Below, piece by piece: positions 19,335 to 28,614 of a stretch of 64,000 nucleotides of DNA. This DNA is from Candidatus Cloacimonadota bacterium. GTDB lineage: Bacteria; Cloacimonadota; Cloacimonadia; JGIOTU-2. The position numbers were made by a program, and so were the translations under genes. Each line of letters opens with the position of its first letter. The stretch's first letter is position 1. The notes beneath the pieces are model-generated. The model did not search any database, had not been told where the DNA came from, and saw nothing but the letters and a program-made list of their open reading frames with translations. The stretch spans positions 1 to 64,000 of the forward strand of contig JBNGBT010000001.1 in assembly GCA_049903315.1 (NCBI GenBank). The letters are read 5' to 3'.

Positions 19335-20210
19335 ATGAAAAAGCAACACAGATTTTTACCCTTTATTACAATTCTCATATTTCTGATCATATTGGCAGGA
19401 TGCGCAGCAAAAGTGAAAATGCTTCCGCCGCCTTCAGAACCACCAGTTCTTAAGTATGTAATACCAGAAGGAAAACCGTTCACCTACAAGATATCGAACG
19501 GCTACGAGCAATCTTTAAGCATGATGGGAATTCCGATGAAAACAACTCTCTTGAAGGATATGGTTGTCACCTTCTATCAACTTGCATTTGCACAGGAAGC
19601 CTATCAACTGCAGGTAATGATAAACGATATCTCAATGAAGGTAACAGCTCCGGGCACAAATCTCACACCGAATCTGAGCCAAATCCCTGGAAAGAGCTTT
19701 GAGATGACCGTGACGAATAAAGGTGAAGAGATCGGACTTATGGGTGCGGACAAACTTACCTATTCTCTTGGCGAGGAAGGTGAACAAAATATGGAAAGCG
19801 AATTCGAGCATCTTTTCCCTGATCTGCCTGAGAAGGTGTTGAATCCGGGTGACACATGGACCACGAACGATACAACTGAAGTAAGCAATGGGGGTATGGA
19901 AACAGTGATCATCACAAATAGCAATAACACTCTTGCAGGATATGAAATGATAAGCGGACATGAATGCGCAAAGATAACCGGTACATATACCAGCACAATA
20001 ACAGGAAGCGGCACCAAAGAGGGTTCGGTCATACAAACAACCGTGGAAATGAAAGGAAAAGAAACTCTTTATTTTGATTATAAAATGGGAGTGCTCGTAC
20101 TACAGAACTCATCGGGAAATGGAAGTGGAGATATCAAAATTACAGGTGCAAAGGAAATGACACTTCCCATGTCCCAGACCGTGACCAATAAAATGGAGTT
20201 AGTGGAATAG
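19335..20210 (+). CDS. hypothetical lipoprotein (beta-rich)
   Basis: Lipobox LAGC; GGGAG SD; TTGACA at 19273. Confidence 0.82.
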   Translation: MKKQHRFLPFITILIFLIILAGCAAKVKMLPPPSEPPVLKYVIPEGKPFTYKISNGYEQSLSMMGIPMKTTLLKDMVVTFYQLAFAQEAYQLQVMINDISMKVTAPGTNLTPNLSQIPGKSFEMTVTNKGEEIGLMGADKLTYSLGEEGEQNMESEFEHLFPDLPEKVLNPGDTWTTNDTTEVSNGGMETVIITNSNNTLAGYEMISGHECAKITGTYTSTITGSGTKEGSVIQTTVEMKGKETLYFDYKMGVLVLQNSSGNGSGDIKITGAKEMTLPMSQTVTNKMELVE

Positions 20211-20253
20211 GAATATTTATAAATGGGAGTTGTAAGAAATTTATGTTGAAGTA

Positions 20254-21708
20254 ATGAGGAGTATCGTGAATAAGGATGAGTTAATTAAACGTTTGCAAGA
20301 TGTTGAATGGGATGACTTTGAGGTAAAGAAAGCGGAAAAAGGTATTCCAAAAAATTCTTGGGAAACAGTAAGTGCTTTTTCAAATACGGGAGGTGGGTGG
20401 TTAGTTTTTGGGGTTCATCAAACTGGTAAAAATTATTCAATAACCGGACTCACGAATCCTGAGAAAATAGAGCAAGATTTTAATAATACCCTACGGTCTA
20501 AAGAAAAATTCAATATTATGATACAACCAATCTGTAAAAAATATAGTATAGATGGTAAGACAATTCTGGCTTTCTTCATTTCTGTGTCCGATCAAAAACC
20601 TGTTTATTTCAATAACGTTAAAAATACTTTTATTAGAACTGGTAGTGGTGATCAAAGAGCAACTCAAGCAGAGATTGATGCCATGTATAGAGATCAGTCT
20701 TTTGGCACAAAAGATCGAGAACTCACAGGTTTCGATACATCAGCACTTCATCAGAAATCAATAGACAGATATAGAAACTATCTGGCTAATAGAAAGCCAA
20801 GTCATCCATATAATCTTTTTTCCACAGATCAGCTATTAGATAAGTTACAAGTTGTAAATGAGGATAAAGTAACGATCGCAGGTTTACTTTTCTTTGGGAA
20901 AGTCGATTTCATTGATAAGTTTCTTACAGATTTTAGAATAGATTATTTTGAAATACCCGGTAGTTCGTTGAAGGATGCGTCGGAACGATATACCTTCAGA
21001 TTAGATCAGCAGGAAAATATTTTCGAATATTATTTTGCCATTTTTCCGCGTTTGCTACAAAAGATAGATATCCCCTTTAAAATGACTTTAGATGGTATGG
21101 CTTCTGAAGAACAACCTCACATAGAAGCTCTACGTGAAGCACTGGTAAATATGTTGATGCATGCAGATTATTTCAGCACATCCAAACCAAGAGTAAGGGT
21201 CTTTAATGATCATCTTCAATTTTTCAATCCAGGTGGTTTACCACAAGACCTGGAAACTTTGCGTAAGTCCGATATATCACAACCAAGGAATCCAATCCTC
21301 GCTAAAATATTCCGTGTTATTGGTCTGGCCGAAACTTCCGGTTATGGTTTTGATAAAATTTTTAATGGTTGGAAAACTTATGTAAAAGAACCACCTGAAT
21401 ATCAATATAGACTCACGTTTGTTGAATTGAAACTCACTACCCAGAAAAAAATGAAGTTGGGAGAAAAGTTGGTAGATGGGTTGGTAGAAAAGTTGGTAGA
21501 AGATCATAAATTAACACAAAACCAATCTAAAATACTCAAACTTATGTTAGAGAATAATCGAATTTCTATTTCATTATTATCTGAGAATATCGGTATAAGT
21601 ACAACTGCTATAGATAAAAATATTTCTCGTTTAAAGAAACTAAATGTTCTTCAAAGAATAGGATCAGATAAAGGTGGGTATTGGAAGGTTGTTAGTTTAT
21701 ATAAATAA
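20254..21708 (+). CDS. AlbA_2/Schlafen-like domain + HATPase_c_4 (RecG-C-like) + C-terminal wHTH protein
   Basis: E...FEVK, SAFSNTGGGWLVFGV, REALVNMLMHADY, NPG, PRNP.LA..F, and RIGSDKGGYWKV C-terminus. Confidence 0.88.
   Translation: MRSIVNKDELIKRLQDVEWDDFEVKKAEKGIPKNSWETVSAFSNTGGGWLVFGVHQTGKNYSITGLTNPEKIEQDFNNTLRSKEKFNIMIQPICKKYSIDGKTILAFFISVSDQKPVYFNNVKNTFIRTGSGDQRATQAEIDAMYRDQSFGTKDRELTGFDTSALHQKSIDRYRNYLANRKPSHPYNLFSTDQLLDKLQVVNEDKVTIAGLLFFGKVDFIDKFLTDFRIDYFEIPGSSLKDASERYTFRLDQQENIFEYYFAIFPRLLQKIDIPFKMTLDGMASEEQPHIEALREALVNMLMHADYFSTSKPRVRVFNDHLQFFNPGGLPQDLETLRKSDISQPRNPILAKIFRVIGLAETSGYGFDKIFNGWKTYVKEPPEYQYRLTFVELKLTTQKKMKLGEKLVDGLVEKLVEDHKLTQNQSKILKLMLENNRISISLLSENIGISTTAIDKNISRLKKLNVLQRIGSDKGGYWKVVSLYK
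21454..21501 (+). repeat. in-frame 12-bp tandem repeat x4 (KLGE KLVD GLVE KLVE)
   Basis: AAGTTGGGAGAA AAGTTGGTAGAT GGGTTGGTAGAA AAGTTGGTAGAA. Confidence 0.85.
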
Positions 21709-21791
21709 TAAATAATATTTAAATATTATTTTTCGAACAAAATTCGGAAAAAATCTCTAACCAGATACTCTCTCGTTCATATGTTATAAAC

Positions 21792-21826
21792 AAAAAGCCC
21801 GATCACGATTGGTCGGGCTCTTTTTT
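21792..21826. terminator. bidirectional rho-independent terminator
   Basis: AAAAAGCCCGATCA-loop-TGGTCGGGCT-C-TTTTTT between convergent genes. Confidence 0.85.
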
Positions 21827-21843
21827 AAGAAAATAATTTCAGA

Positions 21844-23085
21844 TCATCTCAAAAGCAGAAGCTTGTTTGAAATAATCTCATCACTTGTCTCGATCCTGTA
21901 CAGATAGATGCCGTTCGGTACGTGGTTTCCATCAAAGCCGGTGCCGTCCCACACTATCGAACGCTGATCTCCGGAGATAGCAAGTTCATTTACAAGCTGT
22001 CCTTTAGTGTTATATATCTGCACAGTCTGCCCTGTGATCTGCATTGGTGCAAATGAGATTGTCGTGACATCCTTCATTGGATTTGGGAAATTCTTTATCT
22101 GAGATTGCTCATGTGGATCATCCGCACTTGTTCCACCTCCATCTGCAAAGTAAATGAAACGTCCATTCACGTCTGTCATTTTAGTCGACACGAGTTGGTT
22201 CGATCTATTGATCTCATACACTCCGGAACCATTCGTAACAAGGATGTTTCCGTTACCAAGCTCGTACACGCCGCGCAATCCAGACACAACATCATAGTAG
22301 CCCACATACACGCCTGTGTTGGTATATTCGTAACAGCCGCTCGGAGTGCTGAATCCTGCTACAAGAATATTCCCGGAAGATGCCTCTGCAATTTGTTCAG
22401 GAAAGTGCATCCCGGTAACAAGATCATTGAGATATGTGCCTGTAGCATCATAGCGGTGGATCGCATTACTTGAGCTGGTAGAAACAAGGTAATCGTTCTC
22501 ATGAGTTCGATATAAAACACAGAACGGACTGTCCATTCCTCCTGCTCCGATTGCTATAAAGTTGCCGACATAAGTCCCGCTTGCATCAAATTCTGCAATT
22601 GCATCAGCATTTGTGCCGGAAGCACTCGTCACCAAAATGTTGCCGTCAGCTTTTAGACCCCAGCCGCGCACATTGTCCAGAATGGCAGTATTCGGACCGC
22701 CGGCAGGTGCAAACCAACCTAAGAAATTGCCATTCAGATCATACTTTATTAATCCGTCTTTCAACTGGTCAGAGACCAGGATGCTGTGTCCGTCCGGATG
22801 AAGAGCCGCAGCAATAGGCGTGGATAGATTAGTCGGGTCCGAAGGGACAAAATTTGCATCATAAAGATTGCCTGTGTCTGGATAAAAAGCCATGACCCTG
22901 TCATCACCGGAATCCGGAATGAGTAAAAGACCTCCGGCAGGAATATCCCGCACAGTTCGGACTTCTGAAGATGTCGTTTGAGAAGTCTTGTCGATCCCCA
23001 TTTCTTCGTTGAATTCTGCTAAATTGTCTGCAAACGTAAATGCCGTAAAAGATAGCATGAGTATAAGTACTAAAAATTTTTTCAT
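21844..23085 (-). CDS. secreted beta-propeller protein with FlgD-Ig/T9SS-like C-terminal sorting domain
   Basis: Signal peptide; repeated YD..G.Y.G blades; NFPNPM...IYNTKGQLV...WDG...GIYLY...KLLLLR. Confidence 0.85.
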   Translation of the reverse strand: MKKFLVLILMLSFTAFTFADNLAEFNEEMGIDKTSQTTSSEVRTVRDIPAGGLLLIPDSGDDRVMAFYPDTGNLYDANFVPSDPTNLSTPIAAALHPDGHSILVSDQLKDGLIKYDLNGNFLGWFAPAGGPNTAILDNVRGWGLKADGNILVTSASGTNADAIAEFDASGTYVGNFIAIGAGGMDSPFCVLYRTHENDYLVSTSSSNAIHRYDATGTYLNDLVTGMHFPEQIAEASSGNILVAGFSTPSGCYEYTNTGVYVGYYDVVSGLRGVYELGNGNILVTNGSGVYEINRSNQLVSTKMTDVNGRFIYFADGGGTSADDPHEQSQIKNFPNPMKDVTTISFAPMQITGQTVQIYNTKGQLVNELAISGDQRSIVWDGTGFDGNHVPNGIYLYRIETSDEIISNKLLLLR

Positions 23086-23412
23086 ACATTCTCCTGTTTT
23101 TTTAAGTGTTCATATAAAATGTGTTTCATAACCTTTTAATGATTATAATATTGTTGAAAGGTACCTGTGAAAAGTACTTTTTCCTATCAAAGAAATTAAC
23201 ATGATATTACTTTATCAAAATTCTCATGTCCTGATTCAATGATACATATAATAAGAACTGACCGAATGCATGATTTTATTTTACTGAAAGAGGTCGGATT
23301 ATGTATATAGTTGTCAAGATAAAATGAAAATAAAATATAAGTTAAAAACTATATTTTCTTGACGAAAATTATTCAATTTTATTATTCAAACTATGAAACA
23401 TGGGAAAATGGA

Positions 23413-26073
23413 ATGAGCGAGTCAGAATATCAAACAAGAAAGCAAAGAATTGATGTAAAAATTGGTAAGTGTTGGAATCTCATACATGCAAAGGATGTGG
23501 ATGACTATTCTTCTCTTACAAATCATGCAGTAAAAGAATATCCAACAATTAAAGGATTTGCTGACTATGCACTATTTGTGAATGGAAAACTTCTCGGTTT
23601 CATTGAAGCAAAAAAGATATCTGTGGGAACTGAAAATGTACTTGAACAAGCAAAGAGATATTCTTCTGATATTCCAAATACCATTGGCGAGTGGGGAGAT
23701 TACAAAGCACCATTTCTCTTTTCTTCCAATGGTGAGAAAATCTTTTTTTTAGATATTCGAAATCCTCTCAGCATTAGCCGTGAAATCTCCGATTTCTACA
23801 CACCTCAAACACTGGAAGATTTACTGTCTTACGATAATTCAGTCTCAATAGATTGGCTCAAAAAAAATTCAGTATCAGACATAAAGCGATTGCGATATTA
23901 TCAGGTTGAAGCTATTGAAGCCATCGAAACAGCCTTGCAGCAGAAGAAGCGAAAAATGCTGCTTGCTATGGCAACAGGAACTGGAAAGACTTACGTAATT
24001 GTATCATTAATCTATCGCCTGCTTAAATCCGGTTATGCTAGGCGCATTCTGTTTTTGGTTGACCGTAGAGCTTTAGCTGCTCAGGCAGTAACTTCTATGT
24101 CGGCTTTTAAAACTCTTGATGGCCTTAAACTTGATAGAGAGTATGAAGTATACAGTCAGAAATTCCAACGAGAAGATTTTGAAGAAAATGTGAAGTTTGA
24201 TTCAAAAGTAATGCCCAATAAATATCTTACCGATCCGAAGAATAAACACACATTTGTCTATATCTCTACAATTCAGCGAATGACGATGAACTTATTTGGT
24301 AATGAATTTTGGCAAAACAAAGAATATGATCCGAATGTATCGAAGCTGGATATTCCGATCAATGCTTTTGACGTAATCATTGCTGATGAATGTCATCGTG
24401 GATATTCTGCCAGTGAAACCGGAACCTGGAAGAAAACATTGGATCACTTCGACGCTATTAAAATCGGTTTAACTGCTACTCCGGCTGCACACACGATGGC
24501 TATGTTCACCCACAAGGTTTATTCCTATTCCACCGATAAGGCAATAGAGGATGGTTTCCTAGTAGATTATGATGCAGTTAAGATCAATTCCAAAGTGAAG
24601 ATTGATGGTGCCTTCCTGAAAGAAGGTGAACTGGTGGGTGAAATTGATACAGAAACCGGTGCTGAAAGATTGGATGAATTAGAAGACGAACGGGAATATT
24701 CCTCCGGTGAAATCGAAGAAAAAATAACAGTACCAGATTGTACTCGAAAAATCATTAACGAACTAAAAAAATATTCTGATAAATTTGAAGCAGAAAACGG
24801 ACATTTTCCCAAAACTTTGATTTTTGCAGTTAATGATATTGAACATAGATCACATAGCGATGAAGTTGTACGAACCTGCAAAGAAGTATTTGGCAAAGGA
24901 GATGATTTTGTTAAAAAGATTACCGGCAGCCCATCTGTGGATAGGCCACTGCAGAAAATCCGGGAATTCCGTAATCGTAAGAATCCTAAAATAGTCGTTA
25001 CAGTTGATATGCTTTCCACAGGAGTTGATATTCCTGCCATTGAATTTATTGTATTTATGCGTATGGTAAAATCGCGTATTCTTTGGGTGCAAATGTTAGG
25101 AAGAGGTACGCGACTTTGTAATGAAATCCACAAAGATAAGTTCGTCATTTTTGACTGCTTTAATGGTTCATTGATAGAGTACTTCAAGAATGCTACTGAT
25201 TTCAAAGTTCAATTAAGCAAAGAAATCCTAACCTATCACGATTTAATCGAACGGATTTATAACAACCAGGACAGGCAATACAATATTTCCGTTTTAATCA
25301 AACGTCTGCGCCGCATTGAAAAAACGATGAGTGGTAAAGCCATCGAACAATTTGCTGAGTTCATTTCTGAAGGTGATCTCAAAAAATTCACCGATAAATT
25401 ACGCTTCGAAATCAAGAACAATTTCATTGATATCATGAAGCTACTTCGGAATGAAGATTTTCAGAAACTGCTGACAAACTACAAAAGACCGAAACAGATT
25501 TTTACCAAAGCATATGATACGGTTGATGAAGTAAGTAGTGATGAAGTATTTTCGGTTGGTGATAAGTACGAGAAACCGGAAGATTATTTGAAATCATTTG
25601 AACAATTCGTGAAAGAAAATCCAGAACATATCCAGGCAATCGAGATACTGCTGCATAAACCGCAGGGTTGGAACTACGATGCTTTGGAAGAACTGAGAAA
25701 AGCTCTAAATAAGCATAGATTCAAAGAAAAGGATCTACAACGTGCTCATGAGTATTTATATAAAAAGCCTTTGCCAGACATTATCTCGATGGTGAAACAT
25801 GCTGCTGATTTTGATGTTCCAATTCTTAATGCTCAGGAACGAATAGAAAGAGCTATACAATCAATCCCAACTAAAATGGATTTGAATGAAGAACAGCAAA
25901 AATGGCTGGGATACATCAAGCATTATCTCATCAGTAATTTAGCTTTGGAAGAAGAAGATCTCAGCAGCCATCCTGCCTTTACCAGACACGGTGGCAAGAA
26001 AATTGCCAAACAGGTTTTTGGTGACAAATTAGTTGAACTGATTAAAGAGATTAACGCTGCTGTTGCGGCATAA
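23413..26073 (+). CDS. hsdR: type I restriction enzyme R subunit (EcoEI-like)
   Basis: ADYAL..IEAK nuclease motif, MATGTGKT Walker A, DECHRG, GLTATP, TGVDIP, QMLGRGTR and EcoEI_R_C-like tail; ATG 23413 preferred over TTG 23359. Confidence 0.93.
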   Translation: MSESEYQTRKQRIDVKIGKCWNLIHAKDVDDYSSLTNHAVKEYPTIKGFADYALFVNGKLLGFIEAKKISVGTENVLEQAKRYSSDIPNTIGEWGDYKAPFLFSSNGEKIFFLDIRNPLSISREISDFYTPQTLEDLLSYDNSVSIDWLKKNSVSDIKRLRYYQVEAIEAIETALQQKKRKMLLAMATGTGKTYVIVSLIYRLLKSGYARRILFLVDRRALAAQAVTSMSAFKTLDGLKLDREYEVYSQKFQREDFEENVKFDSKVMPNKYLTDPKNKHTFVYISTIQRMTMNLFGNEFWQNKEYDPNVSKLDIPINAFDVIIADECHRGYSASETGTWKKTLDHFDAIKIGLTATPAAHTMAMFTHKVYSYSTDKAIEDGFLVDYDAVKINSKVKIDGAFLKEGELVGEIDTETGAERLDELEDEREYSSGEIEEKITVPDCTRKIINELKKYSDKFEAENGHFPKTLIFAVNDIEHRSHSDEVVRTCKEVFGKGDDFVKKITGSPSVDRPLQKIREFRNRKNPKIVVTVDMLSTGVDIPAIEFIVFMRMVKSRILWVQMLGRGTRLCNEIHKDKFVIFDCFNGSLIEYFKNATDFKVQLSKEILTYHDLIERIYNNQDRQYNISVLIKRLRRIEKTMSGKAIEQFAEFISEGDLKKFTDKLRFEIKNNFIDIMKLLRNEDFQKLLTNYKRPKQIFTKAYDTVDEVSSDEVFSVGDKYEKPEDYLKSFEQFVKENPEHIQAIEILLHKPQGWNYDALEELRKALNKHRFKEKDLQRAHEYLYKKPLPDIISMVKHAADFDVPILNAQERIERAIQSIPTKMDLNEEQQKWLGYIKHYLISNLALEEEDLSSHPAFTRHGGKKIAKQVFGDKLVELIKEINAAVAA

Positions 26074-26098
26074 ATAAAGATTAACAGGATTTTAATTA

Positions 26099-27502
26099 AT
26101 GGACATAACCAACAAACTCTGGGGCATGTGCCACACACTGCGGCATGACGGAATCGATTATGGTGATTACATCGAACAACTCACATACTTGCTTTTTCTG
26201 AAAATGGCAGATGAACGCGGTGTGGAAGTAAAAAAAGAGTACAACTGGCAAAGTGTGATAAATCTCTCCGGTACGGAATTATTAGATCATTATACCAAAA
26301 TTCTCCAAAAATTACGTGATTCCGACGGTATTTTGGGTGAAATCTTTATCCAGGCAATTCCTCGTTTCAGCAATCCGGTAAACTTAAAAAAAGTTTTGAA
26401 CATGATCGATGAGATCGAATGGACTTCCCTGGAAATTGATGTGAAGGGTGAAGCCTTCGAAGGACTATTAGAAAAAGCAGCCAGTGAAGGTAAGAAAGGA
26501 GCAGGGCAGTATTTCACACCTCGTCCGCTTATTCGAACTATAGTAGAAGTGATGCAACCCGATCCTCTAATTACAAAAAGTTTTACGATTAGCGATCCGG
26601 CTTGTGGTACTGCAGGTTTTTTGATGGTTGCCTATGAATGGCTGATGGAAAAATATAAATCCGGTATAGATAAACGACAATGGCCACGCATTCAAAAAAA
26701 GACTTACCACGGTCAGGAATTAGTAGCTCGTCCACGCCGATTGGCTTTAATGAACATGTTCCTGCATGGTGTAGAACCGCAGATCGTCTTGGGTGACAGC
26801 ATTTATGAACCGGACAGCGGAGAGCGTTTTGACTGCATTCTTACCAATCCGCCCTTTGGTACCAAAGGTGCCAATCAGGTTCCCACCCGCGATGATTTTA
26901 CCGTAGCTACAAGCAATAAACAACTCAACTTTATCCAGCACGTTGTAACGATACTCAAACCGGGTGGACGCGCCGCCATGGTTCTTCCCGATAACGTGCT
27001 CTTTGCCGATCAGGCGGGTGACGTGATCAAATATTTGATGGAAGACTGTAACTTGCACACGGTGTTGCGTTTGCCAAACGGCACTTTTACTCCCTACAGC
27101 CAGGGTGTGAAAGCTAATGTGCTTTTCTTCCAGAAAGGACTCAGAACAGAAGAAGTGTGGATTTATGATAACCGCACCAATATTCCCGGAGTTACAAAGA
27201 AAGATCGTCCTCTCACAGAAACGATGTTCGAGGATTTTATTAACTGCTATGGTAACGATCCCGATGGAAGAGCAAAACGAAAGGCTACTGATGAAACAGG
27301 ACGCTTCCGCAGTTTTGATGAAAAAGAAATTGCAGAGCGGAATTTCAACCTCGACATTACCTGGCTGAAAGATGAAAGCTTGGGTAATAATGATGATTTA
27401 CCCGAACCTGAATTGCTGGCCAGCGAAGCAATCACCGAACTGAGCGCTTGCATCGATGAGCTGCAGGAAATTCTCGATCTGCTGGAGAATGGAAGTGAGT
27501 AA
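26099..27502 (+). CDS. hsdM: type I R-M N6-adenine methyltransferase M subunit
   Basis: GQYFTPR, DPACGTAGFL and NPPF motifs. Confidence 0.95.
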   Translation: MDITNKLWGMCHTLRHDGIDYGDYIEQLTYLLFLKMADERGVEVKKEYNWQSVINLSGTELLDHYTKILQKLRDSDGILGEIFIQAIPRFSNPVNLKKVLNMIDEIEWTSLEIDVKGEAFEGLLEKAASEGKKGAGQYFTPRPLIRTIVEVMQPDPLITKSFTISDPACGTAGFLMVAYEWLMEKYKSGIDKRQWPRIQKKTYHGQELVARPRRLALMNMFLHGVEPQIVLGDSIYEPDSGERFDCILTNPPFGTKGANQVPTRDDFTVATSNKQLNFIQHVVTILKPGGRAAMVLPDNVLFADQAGDVIKYLMEDCNLHTVLRLPNGTFTPYSQGVKANVLFFQKGLRTEEVWIYDNRTNIPGVTKKDRPLTETMFEDFINCYGNDPDGRAKRKATDETGRFRSFDEKEIAERNFNLDITWLKDESLGNNDDLPEPELLASEAITELSACIDELQEILDLLENGSE

Positions 27503-27506
27503 TCAG

Positions 27507-27561
27507 AAATGCCAGACGCAGTCTGGTAAATTGAAAACGGCAGACAGCGTCTGCCAAAAGT
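27507..27561. repeat. two tandem palindromic units AAAY-GSCAGAC-N3-GTCTGSY-AAA (28-bp period), matching the internal yhcG motif at 27853-27879
   Basis: Read directly: GCCAGAC-GCA-GTCTGGT and GGCAGAC-AGC-GTCTGCC versus internal GGCAGAC-AGT-GTCTGCC. Confidence 0.85.
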
Positions 27562-27570
27562 AGATATTGT

Positions 27571-28614
27571 ATGGACATAGTAATAAATCTTTATTCCAAA
27601 CTTATCCAGGATATAGGGGTTTTGCTCCAACAAGGACGGACAAAAACCTATTATGCAATTAATAGAGTATTACTTGAAACGTATTGGAAGATTGGCGAAA
27701 AAATAATCAATTATGAACAACATGGGAAAGAGCGAGCAGAATATGGTTCAAACCTCTTAAACAATTTATCGAAGGATTTAAAATTAAAATATGGTAAAGG
27801 TTTCAGCCGAAGAAATGTCTTAAATATGCGTAATTTCTATCTGTTCTTTCCAAAATGGCAGACAGTGTCTGCCAAATTGAACTGGAGTCATTACGTTGAA
27901 CTGCTTTCAATTAGCGATGAATTTACCCGATCTTTTTATGAGAAACAGTCGATCAAAGAAAACTGGTCTGTGAGGGAACTGAAAAGACAACGGCAATCAG
28001 GGCTTTTTGAAAGACTGGCGCTGAGTAAAGATAAACAGGAAATCATGGAATTATCAAAAAAGGGACTTATTATTACGTCTCCTGAAGATGCGGTAAAGGA
28101 TCCATATATCTTGGAATTCCTCAATATCCCTGAAACCAATACGATATCAGAAAGTTATTTAGAAAAAAGACTGATAGATAATTTAGGAATGTTTCTATTG
28201 GAGTTGGGAAAAGGATTTAGTTTTGTAGGACGGCAATACCGGCTCACTATCAATAACACTCATTTCTTTGTTGATCTCGTATTTTATCACAATATTCTGA
28301 AATGTTATGTTCTCATGGATTTAAAGATTGGAAAGGTGCATCATCAAGATATTGGACAGATGAACATGTACTTGAATTATTTTAAAGAGGAAGAAAACAG
28401 AGAGGACGATAATGAACCGATTGGGATCGTTCTTGCTGCTGATAAAGATGAAATTATGGTGAAATATGCGACGGGCTCGATCTCGAATAAACTTTTTGTG
28501 TCTCAATACAAATTATATCTTCCTGATAAAAAAGAGTTGGAGCAGAAACTGAAAGCGCTTCTCCGGGAAGATAAAAAACTTATCGAAGCTGAGATGGATA
28601 ATGGAAATGAATAA
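27571..28614 (+). CDS. yhcG: YhcG/DUF1016 PD-(D/E)XK nuclease family protein
   Basis: YW.IG, GKGFS.RN...MR.FY, L.WSHY, WSVREL, KDPY.LEFL, FLLELGKGF.FVGRQ, DL.FY..IL and GQM..Y.NY motifs. Confidence 0.93.
   Translation: MDIVINLYSKLIQDIGVLLQQGRTKTYYAINRVLLETYWKIGEKIINYEQHGKERAEYGSNLLNNLSKDLKLKYGKGFSRRNVLNMRNFYLFFPKWQTVSAKLNWSHYVELLSISDEFTRSFYEKQSIKENWSVRELKRQRQSGLFERLALSKDKQEIMELSKKGLIITSPEDAVKDPYILEFLNIPETNTISESYLEKRLIDNLGMFLLELGKGFSFVGRQYRLTINNTHFFVDLVFYHNILKCYVLMDLKIGKVHHQDIGQMNMYLNYFKEEENREDDNEPIGIVLAADKDEIMVKYATGSISNKLFVSQYKLYLPDKKELEQKLKALLREDKKLIEAEMDNGNE

Noticed and set aside
19172..19483. 103-aa minus-strand ORF
   Set aside because: Antisense to the lipoprotein start and running through repeat elements; its C-terminus is translated repeat DNA
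23359..23412. TTG start of hsdR
   Set aside because: The TTG is part of a TTGACG -35-like box; ATG 23413 is more plausible
24567..25205. Long antisense ORFs (also 10905..11528, 33204..33857, 34639..35241, 41764..42306, 17040..17558)
   Set aside because: They lie opposite well-supported genes, lack recognisable motifs and are typical shadow frames
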